From contig CAVUDP010000002.1 of assembly GCA_963740315.1 (NCBI GenBank), positions 2,176,001 to 2,240,000 on the forward strand: a DNA stretch of 64,000 bases, in the 5' to 3' direction. Positions 31,043 to 39,190 of the stretch are shown here, piece by piece. Both the position numbers and the translations under genes were made by a program. The notes beneath the pieces are model-generated. The model saw only the letters and a list, made by a program, of their open reading frames with translations. It made no database searches and was not told the origin of the DNA. Each line of letters starts with the position of its first letter. Within the stretch, counting starts at the first letter, position 1. This DNA is from an uncultured cyanobacterium. GTDB lineage: Bacteria > Cyanobacteriota > Cyanobacteriia > Cyanobacteriales > Nostocaceae.

Positions 31043-32095
31043 TTATTCTTTTGCCGCTTGTATATTTACTTTTTTAACAATACTTGCTTCAAACAAAGAT
31101 GTTGGGTCAATTCTTTTTTGTAATAATTTATTATCAACCATAAATTGAGCTACTTTTTTAACTTTTTCGTTTGACGAAGTATTATTTTTTGCAAGTATAT
31201 TTTGATTCTCTTCTAGGTCGGGAATCTGAATACCTTCTAAGGATTTAAGAAATTGTTGTGGCGTTACCCCTTCGCGGGGAGCAATTCGTCTTGCAGCATC
31301 TTGAGGGTTTTCTCTTAAGTAATTTAGAGCAGAAAAATAGCCATCCAGTAAATCCTGAACGGCAGAAGTTTGTTTATTTAAAAGTTCATCTCTAACTACA
31401 AGAACATCCAGTATTTCACCTGGAATATTGCTGCTGTCAAACAATAAGTTCGCACCTTTTGCTAATAACTTAGAACCAGTAGGTTCAGAAGTTACAACTG
31501 CATCAACTTTTCTTCTTTTAAAAGCCTGTTCGTGTTCTGATAATCCTAAAGATACAATTTGAACATCTTTAGGCATTAAATTCACTTTCTCCAATGCTCG
31601 TGTCAAAATAAAGCCTCCTAAAGCCCCAGATTCGACACCAACCCGCTTACCTTTAATAGCCTGTAAAGTTTTGATTTCAGGTTTTGCTAGAATTGCATCT
31701 GCACCGTTAGAACTATCTAAGATAAGAACGACTCGCACATCTGGCTCAGTTTCTGCAACTAACAAAGCTTCATAAAGAGTTAGCGCTGCTGCTTGCAGAT
31801 TTTGATTGCGAAAAGCCCGGATTACTTCTGAATTTGAAGGATAGTCAACTAAACGTATTGGCGTATCTTTGTAATGTCCTAAATCGCGAGCTAAGAAAAG
31901 ACTTTCATAACCCGGCCAGACAATAAAACCTACTCGTAAAGGATCTGGAGGATTTTGAATACATCCAACTAGAGTTGATACAAGTAGCGTTCCAAAAAAA
32001 AGACTAATTATTGAGTTTTTAACAATATGCTGCCATATTCTTGGAATAATTTTTTGATCTTTATACTTACAAATGTTCATAATGGTTAGATGCAC
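31043..32095 (-). CDS. SsuA/NMT1-like substrate-binding lipoprotein with no adjacent permease (ScrB-like)
   Basis: Lipobox LVGC; LRVGFIVWPGY, DSSNGADAILA, KGKRVGVE, VDAVVTSEP, PGEILDVLVV. Confidence 0.85.
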   Translation of the reverse strand: MHLTIMNICKYKDQKIIPRIWQHIVKNSIISLFFGTLLVSTLVGCIQNPPDPLRVGFIVWPGYESLFLARDLGHYKDTPIRLVDYPSNSEVIRAFRNQNLQAAALTLYEALLVAETEPDVRVVLILDSSNGADAILAKPEIKTLQAIKGKRVGVESGALGGFILTRALEKVNLMPKDVQIVSLGLSEHEQAFKRRKVDAVVTSEPTGSKLLAKGANLLFDSSNIPGEILDVLVVRDELLNKQTSAVQDLLDGYFSALNYLRENPQDAARRIAPREGVTPQQFLKSLEGIQIPDLEENQNILAKNNTSSNEKVKKVAQFMVDNKLLQKRIDPTSLFEASIVKKVNIQAAKE

Positions 32096-32172
32096 TCTGT
32101 AACTCTTATTTATACAAACAATGTATAAATATTTCAGTCATATCAATAAAAATTTAAACCTGCAAGTTTTTG

Positions 32173-32487
32173 TTATTGGTTAAGTGTTAATCCCACTACT
32201 CCTAACACTATAAACATGATGCATAGCATTTTTGGAATACTACCAGGTTCATCAAAATATAAAACACCTATTACTGATATAGCAGTGATGCAGCATCCAG
32301 TCCAAACAGGATAGGCAATGCTTAAAGGAAGCTTATTCGCAGCAATAGTCATGCAAACAAAAGACAGTACAAAATATAGCATTAACAATAATGAAGGTTT
32401 TAATTTAGTAAAACCGTAGGAATCTTTAATCCATAAAGTTGCTAATACTTCAAAATATACTGCCAATCCCAGATAGATGTATTTCAT
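32173..32487 (-). CDS. SMR (small multidrug resistance) family transporter
   Basis: 104 aa, 4 TM, conserved membrane Glu (FEV), K.S.GFT, AYPVWTG. Confidence 0.9.
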   Translation of the reverse strand: MKYIYLGLAVYFEVLATLWIKDSYGFTKLKPSLLLMLYFVLSFVCMTIAANKLPLSIAYPVWTGCCITAISVIGVLYFDEPGSIPKMLCIMFIVLGVVGLTLNQ

Positions 32488-32814
32488 ATAATGTCAGAAT
32501 TATCGCTAAACAACTTTGGCGATGCTTCCCTGACAACTTTATAACCTAATTTAAATAGGTTTAATAAATCTGGTGATGCTTCCTAATATTATTGAGAATT
32601 TTCTATACGTAAACTATATTAAAGCTGCTTACTATCAACAATAAAATCACGACTAAAAACTATATATTTGATAACATATACGTTAACGCAAATTAATTTT
32701 GATTAGCGTTTAGTTGTTATTTGGATACTTGATAAGTAAACAGCTTATTGAAAGCAGTATTTAGTTAATTATTGTTACTAAATAAGCACAAAGGTTAAAT
32801 GAACCAATATAGTT

Positions 32815-33738
32815 TTAATTCATTACAGCTAAGCTATCTAATGTATTAACACATTCTTTCTGCAATTCTTTAAAGAAAGCCTGTTGTACATTAACAAAAT
32901 TTTCAAAACCTGCAAATGCCCATTTGTAAGCTTCTCCTTCCGAGCGATCGCAATATTTAATTGCTAAGTCTAAAGCTTCTAAGGCTGCCAGATAGTGACC
33001 TTCTTCTACGCTCTTTTTGTTGTAACTGCTGTGAACCCCAATCCAATACCAAGCACTAGCTTTTTTGCCATCAAAGTCAACTTTTCCATTAATATCTTTC
33101 AGATACTGACCAAAATTTGGGTCTACTTTTTCCCCACGAACAAGTTTATCGATAATGCTATATTCATGATCTGCAAGTATTTCAGAAGCTGCATGAAAGC
33201 CCATAGCTTTGATCAATGCTTCTAAGTTACCGATTTCCCCCTGATAAACTTCTGAATGTTCTGCTAATATCTGACTGAACCAATCAGGTATTTTGCTCAA
33301 CTCATTTCTTTCTTGCAAACTTAAACCCGCGTAATTACCAACGGCTTTCATAGTGGCCTGTGCAAGTGTTCGGTGGGAAAAGCCTTGATGATGGTCGTCG
33401 GAAAACTCTTCAATACTTGCCTCTAAAACTTTGGCTGCAACTTCAAGTCCTCTATCAGCTTCATCATAGATTTCACAGTCGGATTCTCTGAAAATATCAC
33501 GCGATAAGCCAATGGAACTCGCAAGTCTTGTTACTAATGAACTTGCTACACCATTAAAGTGAGCATAGCGTTGTATAAATAGATAAAATGCTTTAGGATT
33601 CTCCATCGCGGTTCTACAAGATTTTTCAATCGTTTCATCGAGTAAGTCAAAATTAAAACGGTTGTTAAATTCTTGCTTTGTAAATAGACAAACTTCTAAA
33701 GATGGAAGTGATAAATTTGGAGCAACAGAAATAGACAT
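32815..33738 (-). CDS. Putative heme-oxygenase-like diiron oxidase/oxygenase (HDO)
   Basis: Helical protein with HDO-like ligand spacing: EE-x10-H (EEFSDDHHQGFSH), E (GFHAASE), H-x8-E-x2-H (VHSSYNKKSVEEGH). Confidence 0.62.
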   Translation of the reverse strand: MSISVAPNLSLPSLEVCLFTKQEFNNRFNFDLLDETIEKSCRTAMENPKAFYLFIQRYAHFNGVASSLVTRLASSIGLSRDIFRESDCEIYDEADRGLEVAAKVLEASIEEFSDDHHQGFSHRTLAQATMKAVGNYAGLSLQERNELSKIPDWFSQILAEHSEVYQGEIGNLEALIKAMGFHAASEILADHEYSIIDKLVRGEKVDPNFGQYLKDINGKVDFDGKKASAWYWIGVHSSYNKKSVEEGHYLAALEALDLAIKYCDRSEGEAYKWAFAGFENFVNVQQAFFKELQKECVNTLDSLAVMN

Positions 33739-34055
33739 AATTTAAAAGTGCTAATTATTATGTTCAATTATTCAACTTAATTTATTGAATGAACACGACA
33801 GAAATACCCAAATAAAATATGAAGTTCGATTATATTTATCCGAGGAAAGTATAAAGATTTTGACTCACATGAAAAAGCTGTATACCGAAGCTATTGTAAA
33901 TGTCAATTTAAATTACTTGTAGTAAGTGTTAATAAAAAGATAGTTATTATACTGAAGTTTTCTTATAAAAAATCAAATAAATTATACATCTGTAGTGACT
34001 TCTATAAGTCTTACTTAATTAGATATAAGTTCTTAAATCTAGCTAAATTAAACTT

Positions 34056-35318
34056 ATGCCTCTAAATCATTCCGAGATACGCGCTCATTTTCCATCTCTT
34101 TCCGTTGTAGATAACAAGCAACCTCGAATCTATTTGGATAATCCTGGCGGTACGCAAGTATCGAACCAAGTTATCGATCGCATGACACAATATTTAATCA
34201 ACTCTAATGCCAATGATGGAGGTAAGTTTCGCACTTCGGTTGATTCGGATGCTTTATTAGCGGAAGCACATCAAGCTATGGCTGCTCTTTTAAATGCGCC
34301 GTCTGCTGCTGAGATTATCTTCGGCAATAATATGACTAGCCTTACTTTCAGTATTTCTCGTTCCCTAGCGCATTTGTTTGAACCCGGTGATGAAATCTTA
34401 TTAACTCGCATGGATCATGATGCCAATATTTCACCTTGGCTACAGATAGCATCCGAAGGTAAGTTAAATATAAAGTGGCTTGATTTTAGCCCCGAAACCT
34501 ATCGCTACGAGATGGAAACTTTACCCGAACTTTTGAGCGATCGCACTAAACTTGTAGCTGTCAATTATGCTAGCAATGCTTTAGGTACGATTAATGATGT
34601 AAAAACTATTACAGCGCAAGCTCACTCTGTAGGAGCGCTGGTATATGTAGATGCAGTACATTATTTACCCCACGGTTGCACCGACGTACAAGACATAGGT
34701 TGCGATTTTTTAGTTTGTTCCCCCTATAAATTTTGCGGCCCTCATCAAGGTGTATTGTGGGGAAAAGCTGAATTACTCGAACAACTCCAAGGTTATAACG
34801 TGCGCCCAGCCATGAAGTACCTACCAACAAAATTTGAAACTGGTACTCAGAATCATGAAGGGCAAGTAGGAAGTTTGGGAGCGGTGGAACATTTGCTGTG
34901 GATTGGTAAAACAATGGCTCAAGAGTACCACGAGCAATATGCACAATATAACGAGTCAACAAAATATATATACTCAGCCATGAGTGCTATAAAAGATTAT
35001 GAAGAACAACTTAGTTTAGGTTTGGTAAGTGGTTTGCAAGCAATTAAAGGAGTAAAAGTACGCGGAATTACTCAAGCAGAACAAATGCGCGATCGCGTAC
35101 CAACTGTTTGCTTTACTCATGAAAGTTATGATTCCGAAGAAATAGCAGCATTATTAGCAGAGAAAAACATTTTTGTGTGGAGTGGAGATTTTTACGCTCT
35201 CGAAATTGTCAAAAGATTAGGTTTAGATAATGGTAGTGGTTTAGTTCGTGTAGGTGCAGCCCATTACAATACAATTGAAGAGATAAATATATTTTTAGAA
35301 GCTTTAGCAAACCTATAA
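34056..35318 (+). CDS. Class-V PLP enzyme, cysteine-desulfurase-like VC1184 type (ScrA-like), lacking the catalytic Cys
   Basis: YLDNPGGTQ, DHDAN, VDAVH, PLP lysine SPYKF, ETGTQNHE; VWSGDFYA where NifS/SufS have a Cys. Confidence 0.87.
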   Translation: MPLNHSEIRAHFPSLSVVDNKQPRIYLDNPGGTQVSNQVIDRMTQYLINSNANDGGKFRTSVDSDALLAEAHQAMAALLNAPSAAEIIFGNNMTSLTFSISRSLAHLFEPGDEILLTRMDHDANISPWLQIASEGKLNIKWLDFSPETYRYEMETLPELLSDRTKLVAVNYASNALGTINDVKTITAQAHSVGALVYVDAVHYLPHGCTDVQDIGCDFLVCSPYKFCGPHQGVLWGKAELLEQLQGYNVRPAMKYLPTKFETGTQNHEGQVGSLGAVEHLLWIGKTMAQEYHEQYAQYNESTKYIYSAMSAIKDYEEQLSLGLVSGLQAIKGVKVRGITQAEQMRDRVPTVCFTHESYDSEEIAALLAEKNIFVWSGDFYALEIVKRLGLDNGSGLVRVGAAHYNTIEEINIFLEALANL

Positions 35319-35360
35319 TATTTCAATCGGAAATCTGCTGGTAAGTTAACAGGAGCATGG

Positions 35361-35831
35361 ATGATTTCAATCAGAAAACTAAATCCTGAAGATATCCAGC
35401 AGTTTTTTTTATGGCGAGATGCAGATATTTACGTTCACAATATTCTGCGTCGCGAGGTGATGGAGCATGAAGAAGGAAAGCGCGTTATCTTCATAGCCTT
35501 GATTGATTCAGCTATTGTAGGAACAGTACAATTTGTCCCCAAACATTGTGATGATGAATTGGCTGATGGAAGCTCCACCGCTTATTTGCAGTCGCTTTTA
35601 GTTGATATAAATTATAGAAGACAAGGAATAGGTTCTCAATTAATTAAAGCAGTGGAATTTGAAGCGATCGCGTGCAATTTTCAGCGTTTAACTATTATGG
35701 TTGAATCAGATAATTTTGCAGCATTGAATCTTTACCAAAAAATGGGTTTTTCTTTTTTTAAAAATTCAACCAATATGTGGCGAGGTAAGGAATATTGTGT
35801 CAGTTGTCTGGAGAAAAATGTAGAAATGTAG
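35361..35831 (+). CDS. GNAT N-acetyltransferase
   Basis: VDINYRRQGIGSQL and NFAALNLYQKMGF motifs. Confidence 0.88.
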   Translation: MISIRKLNPEDIQQFFLWRDADIYVHNILRREVMEHEEGKRVIFIALIDSAIVGTVQFVPKHCDDELADGSSTAYLQSLLVDINYRRQGIGSQLIKAVEFEAIACNFQRLTIMVESDNFAALNLYQKMGFSFFKNSTNMWRGKEYCVSCLEKNVEM

Positions 35832-35909
35832 AGATTTTCGTTTGCATCTAGGATGAACGTAAAATAATAAAGCGATAAATCGCTTACTACGAACCAATAA
35901 TTACACAGC

Positions 35910-35945
35910 AAAAAACACCCCCCGACTGTTCGGAGGGTGTTTTTT
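35910..35945. terminator. Bidirectional terminator downstream of psbA
   Basis: AAAAAACACCC-CCGA...TCGG-AGGGTGTTTTTT. Confidence 0.8.
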
Positions 35946-35951
35946 ATATGT

Positions 35952-35981
35952 TGTAGAGACGCGATATATCGCGTCTCTACA
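35952..35981. repeat. GTAG REP-like palindrome
   Basis: TGTAGAGACGCGATATATCGCGTCTCTACA perfect palindrome; degenerate relatives near 13178 and 46202. Confidence 0.8.
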
Positions 35982-35999
35982 TTATTGATTATTTAATTT

Positions 36000-37082
36000 T
36001 TAACCATTGATTGCGGGAGCGCTGACTGCAACAGGTGCAGATTCTAGAGCAGCTAAATCAAGTGGGAAGTTGTGAGCGTTGCGCTCGTGCATTACTTCCA
36101 TACCCAAGTTAGCGCGGTTCAATACATCAGCCCAAGTGTTGATTACTCTTCCACTTGAATCAATTACAGACTGGTTGAAGTTGAAACCGTTCAAGTTGAA
36201 CGCCATTGTGCTGATTCCCAAAGCGGTAAACCAGATTCCTACAACGGGCCATGCTGCTAAGAAGAAGTGCAAGCTACGGCTGTTATTGAAAGAAGCATAT
36301 TGGAAAATCAAACGACCAAAGTAACCGTGTGCAGCTACGATGTTGTAGGTTTCTTCTTCTTGACCGAATTTGTAACCGTAGTTCTGTGATTCGGTTTCGG
36401 TTGTTTCACGTACCAAGCTCGAAGTTACCAATGAACCGTGCATAGCACTGAACAAGGAACCACCAAATACTGCTGCAACACCTAACTGGTGGAAGGGGTG
36501 CATCAAAATGTTGTGTTCAGCTTGGAACACGAACATGAAGTTAAAGGTACCGGAGATACCTAAAGGCATACCGTCAGAGAAAGAACCTTGTCCAATAGGG
36601 TAGATCAAGAATACTGCGGTTGCTGCTGCTACAGGAGCGGAGAAAGCAACACAGATCCAAGGACGCATACCTAAGCGGTAGGAAAGTTCCCACTCACGAC
36701 CTAAGTAGCAAAATACTCCAATTAAGAAGTGGAATACTACCAACTGGTAAGGACCGCCGTTGTACAACCACTCATCTAAGGAAGCAGCTTCCCAGATTGG
36801 GTAGAAGTGCAAACCAATAGCGTTAGAAGAAGGTACAACAGCACCGGAGATGATGTTGTTTCCGTAAATCAACGAACCTGCAACAGGCTCGCGGATACCA
36901 TCGATGTCAACAGGCGGAGCTGCAACAAAAGCGATGATGAAACAAGTGGTAGCAGCCAATAGGGTAGGAATCATCAACATTCCAAACCAACCGATGTATA
37001 AACGATTGTTTGTGCTGGTGATCCATCCGCAGAACTGTTCCCACGCAGAAGCGCTCTCGCGTCTTTGTAATGTGGTTGTCAT
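36000..37082 (-). CDS. psbA: Photosystem II D1 protein, standard type (Q130)
   Basis: 360 aa; Mn-cluster ligands intact ([22 protein letters not shown]); GGPYQL. Confidence 0.99.
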   Translation of the reverse strand: MTTTLQRRESASAWEQFCGWITSTNNRLYIGWFGMLMIPTLLAATTCFIIAFVAAPPVDIDGIREPVAGSLIYGNNIISGAVVPSSNAIGLHFYPIWEAASLDEWLYNGGPYQLVVFHFLIGVFCYLGREWELSYRLGMRPWICVAFSAPVAAATAVFLIYPIGQGSFSDGMPLGISGTFNFMFVFQAEHNILMHPFHQLGVAAVFGGSLFSAMHGSLVTSSLVRETTETESQNYGYKFGQEEETYNIVAAHGYFGRLIFQYASFNNSRSLHFFLAAWPVVGIWFTALGISTMAFNLNGFNFNQSVIDSSGRVINTWADVLNRANLGMEVMHERNAHNFPLDLAALESAPVAVSAPAING

Positions 37083-37373
37083 GGTTCGGATAATTGCGTT
37101 TTTATTTGTCTTATAATTGAGCGCGATTTCTCTTGCTCGTTGTTACTACTATACATCAGTTCATTCACTTAGGATCATTTACTCAGATTATTATTAATTA
37201 TTGTAAAGATAATTAAAAGTTATATGGATATTGGGCATGGGAATAAAAAGTTATGAAGGTTTTTAAACTTTGGCGGGTGGTGCCTTCAGAGAGGCTGATG
37301 AGAGGCAGAGCCTCTACAAATGCATTCCCAGCTAAAAGCAGGGAACGAGGGGAACGAGGGCAAAGTTTAAAAT

Positions 37374-38876
37374 TTAAAAATCAAAATATATATAAGGTAA
37401 TCTTCCTTCGGGAGCTAAAACCCAAACCGCCCAGAGACATAGGGGGATAAATAAGAGTTTTAGGTGCCAGTTAAGCTGTAGTTTGAGGCGATTATTAAAG
37501 GCGTAACTAATACCCATAACAGATGCGATCGCAATTAATAAAGCAGCTAGTTGATATTGACTAATATTAAGAGCTTCCACGTAGACTTTTTGAGCAAACT
37601 GTGCATCGGCAGAACGACCAAATAGGTTGGTAATTACTAACCAAGAATCTTGTAAATTAGGTAGGCGGAACCATATCCATGAAGTGAAAACCATTAACTG
37701 AGTCAGCAACCAAGCTAAAGTTACCCCGGCGGGATTTTGCCAGAAATTTTCCAGAGGCTCAAAGCGATCGCTAATAACATCAGTTAGACGATGCACGACT
37801 AATGCCAAACCGTGAAAGGCTCCCCAAACAATCCACCCTAACGCCGCACCGTGCCAAATTCCGGCGAGAAGCATGATAATCATTAAGTTCAAGCAGGTGC
37901 GAGCTAAACCTTTACGGGAACCTCCCAGAGGAAAGTAAAGGTAATTACGCAGCCAATCTCCTAAAGTTATGTGCCAGCGCCGCCAAAACTCAGCAATGCT
38001 GGTGCTGAAATAGGGATGATTAAAGTTTTCCGGCAATACTAAACCGAAAAGCAAAGCACTACCGCGAGCAATATCTACATAACCGCTAAAGTCTAAATAT
38101 AGTTGTAAGCCGTAAGCAAATGTTGCTAACCATAAATCGACGCTACCCGCTCGTTGCAAGCTACTAAAACATAAATCGACAAAAATTCCCAAATTATCTG
38201 CTAAGAGAGCTTTTTTCACCGCACCTCTAGCAATTAACCATAACCCTTCAGCGATCGTATCGGGAGTAGGAAACTTTAGACTATTAAATTGAGTTGCCAA
38301 ACTGTGGTAGCGAGTAATCGGACCGGAAATCAGTTTAGTAAAAAAGGATTTGTAACTAGCAAATTTGATAAACTGTTCCGCAGCAGGAGCGCCACGATAA
38401 ACATCGATTAAATAAGCAATACACTCAAAAGTAAAAAATGAAATTCCTAGAGGTGCAATTACTTTAAAAGTGTTTACACCTCCAGGGTTAATACTGCTGG
38501 AGTTAAAGAAATTGAACAAAGGCGATAAATACTTAAATCCAAACAGCAGCAAAATATTTAAAATAATTCCCAGCCACAAAACCTGCAAACGGCGACGATT
38601 CCAATCAGCTTGAGCAAATTGCCAATCTTCATTAGAAATTCGCCAATCAAGACTATGCTTTCCAGGGGAAGTATTTTGTCCCAGGGCTAACCCCAAACGA
38701 AAATTAATAAAAACCAGCGTCAACAGCAACGGTAGATAATAAAATTGGTTAGACGCATAAAAAATTAAGCTGGCAATAAATAAAGTCCATAGACGCAACC
38801 TTTGCTCTTCTACAGACCAATAAATTCCCAACACGCTGAGTAAAAATAATCCGTATGCAAACGAAATGAAATTCAT
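37374..38876 (-). CDS. MBOAT O-acyltransferase (AlgI/DltB type)
   Basis: PLGISFFTF, DFSGYVDIARG, FWRRWHITL, GIWHGA. Confidence 0.93.
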   Translation of the reverse strand: MNFISFAYGLFLLSVLGIYWSVEEQRLRLWTLFIASLIFYASNQFYYLPLLLTLVFINFRLGLALGQNTSPGKHSLDWRISNEDWQFAQADWNRRRLQVLWLGIILNILLLFGFKYLSPLFNFFNSSSINPGGVNTFKVIAPLGISFFTFECIAYLIDVYRGAPAAEQFIKFASYKSFFTKLISGPITRYHSLATQFNSLKFPTPDTIAEGLWLIARGAVKKALLADNLGIFVDLCFSSLQRAGSVDLWLATFAYGLQLYLDFSGYVDIARGSALLFGLVLPENFNHPYFSTSIAEFWRRWHITLGDWLRNYLYFPLGGSRKGLARTCLNLMIIMLLAGIWHGAALGWIVWGAFHGLALVVHRLTDVISDRFEPLENFWQNPAGVTLAWLLTQLMVFTSWIWFRLPNLQDSWLVITNLFGRSADAQFAQKVYVEALNISQYQLAALLIAIASVMGISYAFNNRLKLQLNWHLKLLFIPLCLWAVWVLAPEGRLPYIYFDF

Positions 38877-38898
38877 TGGTCAATTATCAATTATCAAT

Positions 38899-39012
38899 TA
38901 CAGCCGATTTCATTTGAGTGAGGTACAGGAGTAGGGAGTAGGGAGTAGGGAGTAGGGAGTAGGGAGTAGGGAGTAGGGGAATGTACCTCAATAAGACAGG
39001 CAAACTGCTGTA
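38899..39012. mobile_element. MITE carrying an internal (GAGTAGG)n array, inserted in a (TCAATTA)n STRR
   Basis: TACAGC...TGAGGTACA / TGTACCTCA...GCTGTA nested inverted repeats. Confidence 0.7.
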
Positions 39013-39080
39013 TCAATTATCAGTTGAGCATTGGGAATAAAAAGTTAGGAGTTAGGAGTTCAAGAGTTAAGAATTTTCTA

Positions 39081-39190
39081 CCCCCTCTCCCCATCTCCCC
39101 ATCTCCCCATCTCCCCCTCTCCCCATCTCCCCCTCTCCCCATCTCCCCCTCTCCCCATCTCCCCCTCTCCCCATCTCCCTCTCTCCCCAT
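39081..39190. repeat. STRR (CCCCATCT/CCCCCTCT)n
   Basis: About 13 octamer copies. Confidence 0.9.

Noticed and set aside
32488..32814. Known guanidine riboswitch before the SMR gene
   Set aside because: No twin ACGR-loop hairpins or ykkC consensus visible
36000..37082. Atypical (rogue, far-red or chlorophyll f synthase) D1
   Set aside because: All Mn-cluster ligands and the processing site are canonical
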